A stretch of 64,000 nucleotides of DNA, from positions 355,012,001 through 355,076,000 of the forward strand of contig OZ024743.1 of the NCBI GenBank assembly GCA_964016885.1. Direction: 5' to 3'. Origin of the DNA: Eledone cirrhosa (taxonomy: Eukaryota). A program made the position numbers and the translations under genes. Below, piece by piece: positions 12,499 through 27,061 of this stretch (its first letter is position 1; every line of letters begins with the position of its first letter). Under the pieces are notes generated by a model. The model worked only from the letters and a program-made list of their open reading frames with translations. It made no database searches and was not told where the DNA came from.

Positions 12499-14455
12499 TT
12501 ACCATCAAACTCTCTTACAGCACTACACCTAACTTCGCACAAGACATCGTCTCCTCCAACAACAAAAAACTCAACCCCGATGGAAGAAACAACCTAAATA
12601 GCAGTGGAGAGCCGACCAGGAGGTGCAACTGTCCTGATAGATCCAGTTGCCCCCTCGACAACAGATGCAGAGACCGTAATGTGATCTACCAGTGCAGCGT
12701 GAGCACGGACACCTCCAACAAAGCTTATATAGGATTAACCGCATGCGACTTCAAGACCCGGCTATACCAACACAGACATACCTTCCGAAACCCGGCCCGC
12801 CGTCACGCCACTACACTTTCGGGCCACATATGGGACCTCAAGGACAACAACATCAACTATGATCTCACTTGGAAATTACTGTCCAGAGCGAACTCTTACA
12901 CGGGAGGACGCCGTCCGTGCAATTTATGCTCGGAGGAAACATTACAAATGCTGTTTTCGACGGACCAACTCCTAAACAAGAAAGCTGAACTGGTTACTGC
13001 ATGTAAACACCGATTACGTAGGACTTACCTCGCCCTCAAACCCCATAATGACCCGGGGGGTAGAGTAGGGCTATAACACCCCACTTGCCTATTTTGTAAT
13101 GGGTAACCCCTGCTTGCCTATGGAGACGTAAGATCTTCTTTTACATTCTTTTATCGCTTCCTCTATATCTCCTCCTTCCCCCCATCCCTCCCTATTCCTT
13201 CTACCCCAGTTCCCTTTCTTTGTCGTCGTCTTTTTCTCGCCCACCCGAGGTAGCCCATCGGTCCCTTGTAGCTTCAGCACCCCCATCCCCTCCCCTATTC
13301 TATGATAGATTTGGCTGACTCCGCTTTTTATAGCAGAGGTGTTAGATTTCGGATACTCGCCCCCTTCTCCGACCGCTGACTTTTTTCCGTGCCTTCTATA
13401 TTTCTTAGTGGCATCTTTGCTTTAATTTCTCGTTTATCCAGTATCTCTTTTTTTCTTTTTCCCTTTTTTTTTGGGGGGGGGGGGTGTTCCTGTATTAATT
13501 TTCCGTTCTTTACTTTTACTTCGTACGATCTTTCATGTAGCTTGTATAAGACTTTTTGTTTCGTGGCGGTACCCTTAGAGTTAGCACTAATATTTTTTTG
13601 CGGGACCCTGAATTATATTCTCGTACTAGTTTACTTTCTTGCACTGGGTGGTTGCTGACCCTGTGTTTGGGGTAGAAACCTTTATTATTTTCGTCTTAGT
13701 CTCTTTAGTATTATGCCCCCCTTTGTTGACCCGTCACCGTACGATACACGCACTTATACCTCGTATAAGGGTCCCTTTATTTCCGTCCCACCTAGTTTAC
13801 TTCTACTATTATTATTTACTTTTTTATTCTACATTATTTATATATATATATATATTTTTTTTAAATTTATTTATTTATCTATTCTTTTATTCACTTATTT
13901 TTTTATTTGTTTATTTATTTATTTATGTATTTCTTTAGCCTAGCAATAGCGAGAGACTTAAGTCTTAGTAACCAGATTTTGCTTATTTTTTTTTTCTCTC
14001 TCAGTACCTTTTATAGTTTTACCTTTCATTGTTCTACTTACCGTTTCGACCTCCTCCCCCTCCCCCTCCCCAGTATCTTCTTTGACCTCACATCCAGCTG
14101 TAGCTGGCACTACCAACGCATGAATGGGTCTACTCCACCCCCTCTCCCTTTTTCTCCTACCGGCAGGTTTAGCTACCCCTTTCCCCACCAACTTGCCATC
14201 ACAGATTTACTACTAACTTGTGATGTGACCAATCCTGGTGATTATCTCTTTGACCATATATGGAATTACCCCTTGATAAGTTCGGCTATTTAAATACCAG
14301 AATAAATGTTCATTCAGTACAGAATTAGCCGTCGAAACGGCTTGAGCTCAGCCGTCGGGGTCTTACTTGTTCCTATTACCCACTCTACTACCCTAAGTAT
14401 TGAGTACTTTGGTGCGTTATGGTCCACCTGGTTCCTTACCACATTTCCTTCGTTA
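12498..14455 (+). mobile_element. PLE family B fragment (GIY-YIG end + 1.4-kb 3' region + HHR pLTR)
   Basis: CNC..CPL..C..VIYQC..YIGLTACDFKTRLYQH..HIWDLK..CNLC.EE..LLNKK (about 12600-13076); HHR at 14268-14361. Confidence 0.85.
14268..14361 (+). ncRNA. Type I hammerhead ribozyme with a degenerate first core box
   Basis: acccc-TTGATAA-g..cggcta/tagccg..c-GAAA-cggct tgagctc agccg-TC-ggggt; predicted GUC site after 14356; the relative at about 46160-46253 keeps CTGATGA. Confidence 0.7.
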
Positions 14456-14467
14456 TATATATATATA

Positions 14468-16067
14468 CGGCAGAATATACCGCGACGATGTTCTCCTCCT
14501 AGCTAAAAACCTTAATAACCAAAAACTAGAAAAACTACGCAAAGATATAAGAAAACTACTACTCGAAATAGGACTAACTATAACATATGAATACAACCTT
14601 AAAGTAGTTAACTTCCTGGATGTCACACTCAATTTAAACTCTGGTTTGATTAAACCGTTTCATAAATTGAATGAAAATCTCAAATACGTAAATGTTGGGT
14701 CTAACCACCCCATCTCTATAATTAAATCTATCCCTAAAAATATTTCCCTTAGAATCTCGGGTCTATCTTCTAACATACAAGTATTTAAGGAACACGCCGA
14801 GTACTACGATAACGCCCTTAGTAAAGCAGGCTACCTCAACAAAATAGAGTACATAGATGGGAACAATCAAAACACCCAAAATAAATCCCACATAGGTAGA
14901 TATAATAACACAACACCAAACCACACTTACTACCATAGTATGCACACCAGTAAACCAACAAACAAAACTAATAGAAAGCGATGCAAAGAGTACTTATGGT
15001 ATAACCCCGAATACAATAGCTCCATTAGTACAAATTTACCAGTACTCTTCTTTAAAATAATTAAAAGACATTTTCCCACATCACACAAATACCACAAAAT
15101 CCTAAACCCTACCACTATAAGACTGTCATACTCTACAGCGTTAAACCTTGAACAACACATAAAAAAGATCAATACTAGAAGGTTAAACGAAAACACTAAG
15201 AACTTAAGTACAAAGAACACAAAAAAAACAGTAGACAATACACTACAGAACATAAATAAACCACACCTAAGTTCGTCCGCAATACTACTCCAGAGAAAAC
15301 CCAACGTACACAACTGTAACTGCACCTATCCTGACAACTGCCCCCTCGGCAATAACTGCCTGGAAAAAAATATTATTTATAAGTGTACCATTAAATCCGG
15401 AGGCAACGAGTGGTATTACGTGGGATCAACGGCAACATCGTTTAAATCTCGATTGTATAGGCATTCTTACTCAATAAAACACCAGAGCCAAAGAAATGTA
15501 ACAACTCTAGCAGAAAAAGCTTGGACGCTCAGGGATAGCGATCAAAAGTTTACCCTAAAATGGGAAAAATTAGCTAAAACCCAAAGCTTTTCCAGGAGCC
15601 AAAATTTCTGCAAATTGTGTAATCTTGAGATTTATTACATAATCACACACAAGAAGAAACTGCTGAATAACAGAATTGAACGAACATTATTCTGCCGTCA
15701 CAGAACTAAAACCCTTTTTTCCCACTACAAGCCGAATATTACATAAAAGAGGGACATCCCCCAACTATATAAACCTTAATCTAGTTAGAAAAATATAAAA
15801 ACAATCTCTTCTCAACATATATTAATAACCTTAAATTACCATACTAATAATGAAAAGATATGCTGATGAGAATAGGTACAAATATGCGATAATGAATGTG
15901 TCTAAAAACGTCCATAAGTATGTATATATATGTGAAAATGTATATAAATAAGTAAATATATATATATGTTTGATGTGTATAGTTAGATGTAAGTGTATTC
16001 ATGTATTAAAGTGCTTATATATATATATATATGTATATGTGTATATATGTATGTTTGTGTATGTATG

Positions 16068-16126
<59 letters not shown>

Positions 16127-16863
16127 GTATATATGTATGTATATATGTGTATGTATATATGTGTATATGGATGTGTATGTATGTGTATGTGTGTACACAT
16201 GGACTAGAGTATGTATGTATATATGTGTGTGTCTATACGTGTGTATATAAAGATAAGTTGAGTATGAAAATGTATACACATGAGCGCGTATGTACGTACA
16301 TGAATACATGTGTGTATATATATGTGTATGCATGTGTATATATATGTAAGTATGAATATGTGAATTGTGTGTATATGTATTTTGTAGAGGTGTGCAAATA
16401 TATTTGTGTGTGAATGCGTGGGTGAAAGGATACGTACACTTGAAAGAAAAATTTAAGTCTGAATGTTAATTAAGTGCAAACACAAAACCAACCAAGCATA
16501 TCTTCACTATCTCTAATCCTTCTATAGATTTAGAAAAATAACCAATAATATATTCTATAAAAAATGTCAAAACAACAGATGGGAATCTAATTACTCACTG
16601 CCACCAAGAATTCTCACTGCTATCGAAAAACCACTCCTTCAACTATTCTTCTAACAACTTCACCCCTCCCTCCTAATATTGTCTATAAAAACTAAATAGG
16701 TCCTCAGTAATATTATTCTGATGAAATGACAGTAAATAATAACATTGAAATATTGAATGTCTGCATAACTAAAAGTTTGTAGATAGCTGTTTTAGGTTAT
16801 GTAACTGTTATAGAAACACGTGTCAATAAATTCCTTTCAACTAAACTGTATCCATTCAAATCT

Positions 16864-16868
<5 letters not shown>
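14468..16868 (+). mobile_element. PLE family B (YRDD-type RT + GIY-YIG), 5'-truncated, ORF open 14468-15746
   Basis: GRIYRDD, VNFLDVTLNL, SNHP, WYNP, CNC..CPL..CL..IIYKC, YVGST; HHR-like cores at 15859-15916 and 16718-16758; tail similar to 22195-22272. Confidence 0.9.
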
Positions 16869-16906
<38 letters not shown>

Positions 16907-17112
16907 GATAAATCTACCAAGAGTTTACGGTAGTGTCCAATCCGTATGAAGAACTCAATGTATTCCGGATATCATGGAAAGAAGAGATGTAATGAAAATC
17001 CAATTTCGGTGAAAGATAAACGGTATACAGAGTCAAGATAAAATAGAAACGATCGTTAAATAGTGAACTTTTTTTGTTTAATATAAGGAATTGTTTGTTC
17101 ATTATTTGTTTA

Positions 17113-17248
<136 letters not shown>

Positions 17249-17299
17249 CCTATATACAAAGATAACGGAATATAAAAATAAAAATTAAATAACAAAATA

Positions 17300-17950
17300 A
17301 ATAAAAGAAATAAAACATTAAATAAGGAACGCTAACTGGAGGCAAAAGAAGCATACAAAAGATAAAGAAAATATGCGAAACAAGGGAGATACAAAGCACC
17401 CAGGAGGTTCTGTTGTTGAATCTTTTCCTAACATCCATGTACTGAAAAGTGTTGGTTATGGTTGGTAGATGTTTTATAATATATTGTATCTCCAATCTTG
17501 GTAGTTTTTTAATGATCAGCCTAAAGACTGATAGTTTTTACATTGGAACAAATAGTGTCAAAGTGTTTCTGCGAAATCTTCACATGAACATAGAGGCGAT
17601 TGCTTACGACCAGTTCGTGATAAAATGTAATTCAATGAGGTATGTCCAGTTCGGAGCCAGCATAGTCTTTTTTTTATTAATATTGTACAGTATCTGGTAT
17701 ATTTTAAATGATGTCACATCTAGTTGAGATGTAGAGGATTGAGGTTTGAGAGCTTATCTCTAGATTCTTCGCTAAATGTTACTTACCCTTGACTAATTAT
17801 ATTCTTGCTAAATGATTTCTCTTGCGATAGATTAAGGATGTTGTCTTTATCTATTATTTCCCTCTGTACTCCCTCCTTTGCTAATTCATTAGCTTCCCTA
17901 TTTCCTCTAATATCTGTATGGCCGGGTATCCATTTGCCTTCTCTTTTGAG
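17300..17950 (-). mobile_element. Degraded 3' end of an RNase H-bearing LINE (I-group-like)
   Basis: Manual translation: WIPGHTDIRGNREANELAK at about 17935-17875 (RNase H) and LRTGHTSLN..SPLCSC..ETL*HYLFQC at about 17660-17540 (zinc knuckle). Confidence 0.7.
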
Positions 17951-18149
17951 TTTTTAATAGTTATTTTAGTTATTCTAATCATGGAGGAAGTCAAATATCA
18001 TAAGATTATTTGAACATGGTAATTAAATAGTTAAATTCTGTGATGGTCTTTTTAACTATTTGTCGACAATTAAATCTAAATGACTAATTATATTTCCATA
18101 TATTTGCACATTTTGTTCCTCATATACTGTAAGACAAGCATTATTAATT

Positions 18150-18423
18150 TTTTTCAGTCTACGACTTCATTTATACCATATACGTGGTTTTGTCTTTGCG
18201 CGTAATTGTTCTCATCACTCCACATAATGACGTATTATCTTCAGTTTTTTCCCGTTCTTCGCCAGGGAACGTTTCCACAAACCAAAGTATCGTCTTCCTG
18301 TTTTCCTTAGGTTGTAACGTTTTTCGAAATATTTACTTCTGCGTTTACAGATTGATTTTTTGGTTTCAGAAGATCCCGTTAAGGGTGAAAGCAGTGATTC
18401 TTTGTTTAAACTTTAATCTGTTA

Positions 18424-18430
<7 letters not shown>
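18150..18430 (+). mobile_element. PLE-terminal-like repeat with an HHR variant (core CAGAAGA)
   Basis: Homologous to 26225-26495 and (inverted) 57630-57690; ggttt-CAGAAGA-tccc gttaa gggt-GAAA-gca..tgt-TT-aaact at 18362-18412. Confidence 0.6.
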
Positions 18431-18511
<81 letters not shown>

Positions 18512-18589
18512 CATATAAACACTGAGTTATTTAATTTGTTGATTATTCAACAAATTTAATTTATAAAAGATTAGGAGCATTCAACAGGT

Positions 18590-19720
18590 TTCTTCTTGAA
18601 TATAATATCAATAATATTAATAAATGGAAGCTATCTTTATAAAACCCTATTTATTTTATTATATATACTTCAAGGGTAACAATATCTTGGTACGCCTCAT
18701 CAGTTAAAATACAAAAATTGATTTACAGATAGTGACATATTCAGACAAGAACTTAATGTTGTGAGTTCTATGTGAATAGTGAACGAAACTTCAACCTTGA
18801 GATGAATATGCTTATCAGGATAACGTTAAAACTGAAAAAGACCGATATGTTTAGACGCTAGTTATATTTAAATAATTATTAGAATTTTTTTTCAAGTAAG
18901 AAAAGGAAATAGAGTTTACTATTTATGTGAAAGAAAATTTAAGAAAAGATTTTAAGAAAAAAATATTAAAGCTACTTACAGAATATTTATAGGAATGTAC
19001 GTATATAATTGTCCGAAATATATTTGCAAGGGTGTAAAGAGAATGAAATAATTATATTTATTTTTATTTATTTAATTATTTAATTATATATTTTGGAAGT
19101 ATTTATAATATAATGTGTGAATTATAAATAAATGTGTTAAAGTGAGAAAATATTAATTCAAAATGTGAAAAATATCTTATATTTATATATACGATTGGAT
19201 GTATTCTACGGGTGTGTTTTGATATTATGATATTATAAGTATATTTTATTACATTATAAGAGATTAGTTGTGTATATATAAATAGTTTTGATGAGTATAT
19301 ATTTGATTCATTTAATAGATAGATAGTTATGGTTAGATTCAGATAGCTTTATATAAGAAAAGATTTGATATGCTGGACGAAGATATGTTTACATTTTCAA
19401 TATATGGCTTAAGAATGTAGAAGTAATACTATTTTTGTATAGATGATGTATATTATTATGTATATTATATAGTTGTATCAAGATAGAAATAAATTTACGA
19501 AATTGTTAATATTTATGTAAAGTTTAAATGTCACGTAAAGTTTAGATGTACACATGTTTTTATCAAAGGAAAAGATAACTCTAATTTTTATTAGTTTACG
19601 GAGTTAAGTTATTTAAAGATAGTTATATTTAGCGTTTAGTCACATTTTTACTTTCAAATTATATTCTAATGGTAGTATATGCAAAAATTATTTTTTATAT
19701 GATTTTAGAGCATAATATCG
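18590..19720 (-). mobile_element. Probable PLE 3' region with a degenerate HHR
   Basis: Minus-strand CTGATGA..GAAG-tatatata at about 18712-18652; homology to 57200-57340; adjoining ~0.9 kb is C-poor on the plus strand, mirroring the G-poor PLE 3' regions. Confidence 0.4.
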
Positions 19721-20369
19721 ATACTATAAAACTGACGGCCGTATGTAGGTAACAAACTTTCCGCCAAACGGCTGGACCAAACAGGGGGCATTACTTTCCT
19801 GAAAAGATAAAAAAATGCCGGTATACCTAGCCGACGGCCAGCCGGACGGGCCATTAGTATTACATATGTTCCAGGATAAACATTTTAGGTATATATTTTG
19901 ATAACATTACTTATACCTATGTATAAATGTGATGATATAAAGTATTTGTATGTATGCATTTAAAAGACTTATAAAGGCTATTAGAAAAGTGTTCAATAAT
20001 CATGAAAAATACCTTTAAAAATATCATTAAAAACATCACAAAAAGAAACAGCGAAAACATATGAATTGTAATTGGGGAAGATATAGAGGCTATATATAAT
20101 ATTTTCTATAGATTATAGAAACATTTAAAAGTCTTGGAGGGTCGATGCAAGCAGGAATTAAATAATTCCTTCTTTTTGTTTATAGCATTCTTAGGATTGG
20201 TAATTATATGAAACATTTCTTCGATACAGAGATGACAAATCCTTGAGAGAGCCATATTCAGGTATGCGGGCGCTCTCGAAATCGTCCTCCAAGAGATCGA
20301 ATAATCAATATTACTGTCTTTTAAGGGCCAAATTAAATGTGATAGTGATGTTTAGAAGTTTTTGTCCGA

Positions 20370-20409
<40 letters not shown>

Positions 20410-20594
20410 CGCATTGATTGACCAGATAAATTAACTATGGAAATATAAAAGGTACCGAAGCGAAAACCAATCCAAACCAAACAGTGAGTGTGTTTTATTA
20501 TCATTTCTGGCAATATTATAACAATATGACCCTCCCCAAAAATAGCAATATTTGTGTCAACACACGATTTCATATCAAAAACCTTGCAAACCAA

Positions 20595-20708
<114 letters not shown>

Positions 20709-20809
20709 TCAGGTTATCAATAATGTAGTGATAATATATCGTTACGTTAGAGATGAACAGCGTACGTGCAGGTTTGCTCAACGAGTATAAATTATATTCC
20801 GGAGAAATG

Positions 20810-22268
20810 TAGAAAGGATGAATATAAAATGAAAGTGCTTTTGTTAAAAAAGGAATTTATTAGGTATTGACATATGTTTCTGTAACAAATCTATTAAAAC
20901 CAATCTACCCTCAAAATTCTTTCGATTAGTTAGAAAACACTTTCCAACATCACATAAATATAATAAAATCTTAAACCCTAACACCATCCGACTTTCATAT
21001 TCAACCGCCCCTAATATTGAACAACATATAAAAATGCTTAACGCAAAACGGTTGTATAAACGCCTTCCAACACATAACAATACACGTAAAACATTAGCTA
21101 TAACATCACAAAACAACAAACAACATCCTGTCCTACATAAGCAACCTCATCAACCCATCCATGGCAATACAACAACGCAAAATTGTAATTGCAACTGTGT
21201 CCAACCAGGAATGTGTCCGTTGAACAATCAGTGTCTTGAACGCAACATCGTATACAAATGTACTATCGAATCGGATAGACAGAAGTGGTACTATGTGGGA
21301 TCTACAGCCACCTCCTTTAAATCACGCCTTTATAGACATCGTTATTCGATAAAACATGAAAACCAGCGTTATGTAACAACACTCGCAGACAAGGCTTGGC
21401 AGCTGCGTGAAAATAACCAACAATTTCACCTAAAATGGGATATAATAGCGACTGCCCCCCCCCCCCCCCCCCATATTCCAATGGACAGGAATTTTGTAGA
21501 TTATGTAATGTAGAATTATTTTGTATTATGAAATCCAAAAACATTTTATTAAATAACAGAATAGAGCGATCGTTATACTGTAACCATCGCTTAAAATCTA
21601 CATTTTCATATTATAAATACTACCAGGATTGAACGCCTGTCTCTATCCCCGTTTGATTGTCAAAATAGATATGAACATTCTTTATTAGTCTTAATTCTAT
21701 CAACTCTTCTATTATTTACCTTTTAATACAAACTGCTATAGATAAAATGAGATTTCTGATTTTTTTATTCAATTCCCTAGTGCAAATACCAGCTGACTAC
21801 TAGCATTGATGTTATTTAGTAGCAATCGAAATCTCCCCCTTCCCCAATTGACACTTTATGATTAATACTACTGCACCAAATGACCAGCCCTGTCCACTGT
21901 CCAGTTGGTCAAGTAGAGATTAAAATCGGCACCCCCAAAATTCTTATTTAGATTTACTCATGGTATTCTCATTAAAAACCCATTATATACTTGTTTAGCA
22001 GTAAATTATTTTACCATCTGTCATATTCTATCCCCTCTGTTCCTTCCTCTTTTACTAATATAAATACTTCAATTTTTCTGATTTTATCCAGTTTATCCAA
22101 AATCTCTGAAGAAGTGACAACTGATTATACATTTGCTATCGAATACTTGCTAACATTATATGATTACGCAAGCAGCGATACATAGGTATTCGGTCTGTTA
22201 CAGAAACATATGTCAATACCTAATAAATTCCTTTTTTAACAAAAGCACTTTCATTTTATATTCATCCT

Positions 22269-22273
<5 letters not shown>
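20810..22273 (+). mobile_element. PLE family B fragment with an inverted 5' pLTR piece
   Basis: ORF remnant 20890-21632 closely resembles the 14468 element (YYVGSTATSFKSRLYRH); 20810-20888 is the reverse complement of 22195-22273. Confidence 0.85.
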
Positions 22274-22363
<90 letters not shown>

Positions 22364-22418
22364 ATTAATATATAAGGGAACAAAGAATCAATGTTGTATC
22401 ATATCCATATTTAATTAT

Positions 22419-22504
22419 ATATTACATGTTTCGCTCTCGATCAGCTCGAGAAACGATCTATCAATCACTGAACGTGACTCTGGAATTGAAATCTCCTCAG
22501 ATAT
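22419..22504 (-). ncRNA. Minimal type I hammerhead ribozyme
   Basis: atat-CTGAGGA-gatttc..gagagc-GAAA-catg-TA-atat; palindromic stem III ACATGT. Confidence 0.6.
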
Positions 22505-23186
22505 GTTTTAACATGTAAACTCGCGTCTGGCCGTAGTTGAATATTATCCCGATTCCTTCTTATATGCTACCACAAATACTGTCATAGTGGTATTTCACCG
22601 TATTCACTTGGTTTATTTTCGGACAGATCACAGCTGGGGGCTTATTATAATTTAGCAGCTATTATCTCAATCTCGGTCATCTTCTCGTGCGTTTCCAGGC
22701 GTGACGACCTGTCTACCTGACGTCTGCTGGCACATTGTTTGAAGTAAGCATTAAGGACATAAAGCAATACAAGAATGCAGGGTTGAAGGAATTAAAATAC
22801 AAAATAAAAACCAATGTTGACAACGATATAGCCGATAAGAAAATAGAATAATAATTAAAACATATATATATTATAGACATATAATAATTGTTTCTACATT
22901 TGGCAAAAGACCAGCAATTATCACAATGTATTACTGGTACTTTATGTTATCGACCCCGTAAGGATGAAAAGCAAAATTAACCTCGGCGGGATTTGAACCC
23001 AGACCATAAAGGGCCAAAGGTAGTGGGTATGTAGAGGAAAAATAAGGATATGACCCTAGAAAAATATATAATAAAATAAAGATAAAATAAATGTACTAAG
23101 TAAAAAACAATATCCATATATGACAAAAAACAACAACCGCCTATGCAAGCAATTAACTTGCACCTTAACACATATATATATATATA

Positions 23187-23279
<93 letters not shown>

Positions 23280-23499
23280 TAACCTGTTTAGCTTGGTTCG
23301 TTTCTTTTTGCTCCTGTGGCTGATAGCTTCAGGACCGCCGTTTTCAGCTTGCATGGCCTCCATAGCGTATGTTAATTGCTCTGGTCTTCTTTTAGTCCAT
23401 TCAGCGCTTGCTGCACATCTCGAAAATTGCGTTTCGCTTTGTTTTTGACCACAGCCGAAATATGATCTCGCTGAAATTATATTTGTATATATATATATA

Positions 23500-24763
23500 T
23501 AAATTTCTTTAAGTCGTTTGGAAGCCTCGACAATGCAAAGGGGTAAATCTCCGAGTAACAAGATCCGGTGGTGGAGAGAGAGATGTAAGTGGGTGTACGT
23601 TGAGATGCGTGGCGTGTATAAGACGTGTAGAGGAATGAAGGAAAGAGCGTAAAGGATAAAAATAAAAATAACAACACGAGAGAGAGTTACCTTGGGAAAG
23701 ATTTAATTGTCCCTATATATTTCGGATTCACATCCATCAACTGGGGTTTTTTCCGTGGTGGGGGAAAGGTTGTCTGTCGGAAAGGTGCGAAACGTATCCT
23801 CCGCTGTTCGTTGTTATGAATATCTGAGGAATTCAGTAGAGCGCGCATGCGCGTGAAATGGGGTCGGTCAGGCAGAGGTCAGCGGCCAAAGTAGTTATTT
23901 CAATTTTGGAAGGGGGTTGCGCTAGCTGTCAGTCCATTCTCTGCCTGTTTGTTGAATGTTACTGTGTGTGTGCGTGTGTTGTTGTCTCGCTTGAGTGTGT
24001 GTGTGTGTGCGTGTGTTGTTGCCTTGTTCCTCTGTATTGGCAGTGTAATATGTTCGTATGGTGGAATGCTACTCTGTGTGTGTGTGCGTGCGTTGCTGTC
24101 TCGCTTGTGTGTGTGTGTGCGTGTGTTGCTGCATCGTTTGTTAACTTAAACCAACCACCTCATTTCGCTTCTCTCGGATCGGTTGTTTAATTGTGGCCCT
24201 AGGCGTTTCATCCAAAGTGCTTCCTTGATACGTAACGTGCCGACGTTTTTTTCTGTCGCTAGAATTGTGACAATGGGCCTTCCGTTTTTGTTTCCGCATT
24301 TGGCTATGTGTTTCCGGAAAGACGAGGCCCTGGTCCGCTGACCTCTGCCTGACCGACCCCATTTCACGCGCAGGTGCGCTCTGTTTAATACCTCAGATAT
24401 TCAAAACAACGAACAGCGGAGGACACGTTTCGCACCTTTCCGACAGACAACCTTTCCCCCACCCCGGACAACCCCCCCCCCCCAGTTGATGGATGTGAAA
24501 CCGAAATATATAGGGACAATTAAATCTCTCCCAAGGTATCTCTCTCTCGTGTTGTTATTTTTATTTTTATCCTTTACGCTCTTTCCTTCATTCCTCTACA
24601 CATCTTATACACGCCGCGCATTTCAACGTACACCCACTTACATCTCTCTCTCCACCACCGGATTTTGTTACCCGGAGATTTAACCATTTGTAATGTCGAG
24701 GCTTCCAAACGACTTAAAGAAATTTACCTTATTATTCCACAATGCTTCAAGCAAACTTCAATA

Positions 24764-24770
<7 letters not shown>
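23500..24770 (-). mobile_element. 5'-truncated PLE with a ~390-bp inverted pLTR
   Basis: 23500-23886 and 24335-24725 are inverted copies; the spacer encodes a GIY-YIG tail (SSFRKH..IL..LRIKEALWMKRLGPQLN, 24330-24146). Confidence 0.8.
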
Positions 24771-24828
<58 letters not shown>

Positions 24829-25422
24829 GACGTAAAATAAGAACATTTAAAAAATTAAAAATTAACTTACTTACTAAAATTTTCACTCCAACTAATTAGT
24901 TTCTGTAATGGGATAAAGATAGTTACGTAATGTAACTGTCGAGAATTCATTACGTCATCAGGGAGTCTATTCTCAGCTAAGTCTCCAGGCAATGCGCGGA
25001 CACTAGGGACTCGTATAAAAATAATAATAATTCGGTGGATGGAACAGCTAGCGAGGACTAAATTCCAAAGCACTGAAAAAGTTCACTGCTTCTGGTCAAA
25101 TGGCAGATTCTAAAGAATCAATCACGTGACACTGAGGCTAGTCTTAAGGAGTGGGGGTGGTAAAATGACAAAGCCTACCACCACTACAATAAGTGGTCTT
25201 TCATATAATTGTTCTGCATCCTCCTGCATTGAACCACCTAGGTACTATGACATAACTTATGTATTTGCACGCGTTCCAAGTAATATAGCCAAAACTTTAA
25301 TCTGTTATTTTATATTTGCTCTAGTGTTCTTATATATTTGATATATATTTATCTTTATCGAGCCCTCTTTGGATTATAGTCTTCAAATTTATTATTATTA
25401 CTATATATATATATATATATAT

Positions 25423-25457
<35 letters not shown>

Positions 25458-26079
25458 TTTCCTGTATTACAGCCCCACGTTATACCCTAACGGATAGTAC
25501 GATCTATACGTGGATATTTTACGTCTTGATGTGGGAGCTAAGTATATGTTTTGTTTATACCATTACTTATTTGCATAGGTAAGTATATATTACCCGTATG
25601 TTTTGTGAAGGTACGTATACCTTCTCGTACGTATATTTGATTGTTTATGTTATGGCGTATAATTTTATATATTCTGGTACATATGGTTTGGCTATGTGTA
25701 TACGGGAGTTTTGCGTCTGTGTGCGTATGCAGGTTCGTACGTATGTAGGGTGTGTGTATATGTGTACTTCATGTTTTGGTTGACTTACATCACCGAACAT
25801 TCGTGTATTTACATGTAGGTATGTGTGTGCGCTTGTTATATACGTATTTATTTATTTATATACGTTTATATAATTATTTATTTATTCGTATACACGCATA
25901 CACACACACATATTTATATGTGCGTGCTTTGTATACCTATGGTAAGTGTTTTGCGTATGCTTCTGTATGTACGTATTTGTTTGCGTGTATGTATTTATTT
26001 ATTTCTATTACTTCTGTATTGTATTTATTTACTTTGTTCTTAACTCTGAAGCGGAGATTCATTCGGTCTCCTACTTAGA

Positions 26080-26583
26080 ATTTTAGTCTACGACTTCTGC
26101 TATACCATTTACGTGGTTTTGTCTTTGCGTGCTATTGTTCTCTACGCTCCACATATGACGTATTATCTTCGTTTTTTTCGTTCATTGCCAGAGAACGTCT
26201 CTATGAACCACCTAAGAGAACAATAGTCTACGACCTCTTTTACACTATAAACGTGGTTCTGTCTTTGCGTGTCTTTCACCGCTCCGATTAATGACGTATT
26301 ATATTCGTTTTTTCCCGTTCTTTGCCAGCGAACGTTTCCATGAACCAAAGTATCGTCTTCCTGTCTTCCTCCGGTTGCAAAGTTTTTTGAAATATCCATT
26401 TCTGCGTTTACAGATTGACTTTGTTAGTTTCAGAAGATCCCGTTAAGGGTGAAAGCATCGATTCTTTGCTTTAACTTTAATCTGTTATTTTAATAAATAT
26501 TTGCTCTACGGTTCTTATATATTTGATATATATTTATCCTTATCGAGCCCTCTTTGGATTTTAGTCTTCAAATTTATTATTAT

Positions 26584-26590
<7 letters not shown>
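26080..26590 (+). mobile_element. PLE-terminal-like repeat with an internal ~140-bp tandem duplication and an HHR variant
   Basis: agtctacgac..gaacc occurs at about 26085 and 26225; CAGAAGA..GAAA fold at 26426-26476; the tail recurs at 25330-25400. Confidence 0.6.
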
Positions 26591-26673
<83 letters not shown>

Positions 26674-27061
26674 CGAACCTGCCTCAACACTTAATTTTAA
26701 ATCGTTAATTTTTTATTCTATTTAATTCTTTTTAATTGTAATACTCAACATTTGATAAGATGGATTTCACTGATATATCGATATAAAACTCTTACTTTAA
26801 AAGGATTGTCGCTCTCATTTTTCCAATAATGTCCATTTAACGAATCAAAGAAGTAAAAAAGAAAAACAGATCCTATCCATAAATATATTTTCCGTGCTAT
26901 TTCCAATTCCACCTTTCCTCTATAACCACAGTACTGAAATGGACATACTAATTTATATAGATTCATATTTTATATATGTCAACCTATATACCTTAGCTTG
27001 TAAGTACGTATACGTACATACAAACAAACATACATGCATCCATAAATGCATACATACATAT

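Noticed and set aside
14400-14467. N-terminal part of the 448-aa ORF
   Set aside because: Chance read-through from the neighbouring pLTR across (TA)n; PLE homology starts at about 14468
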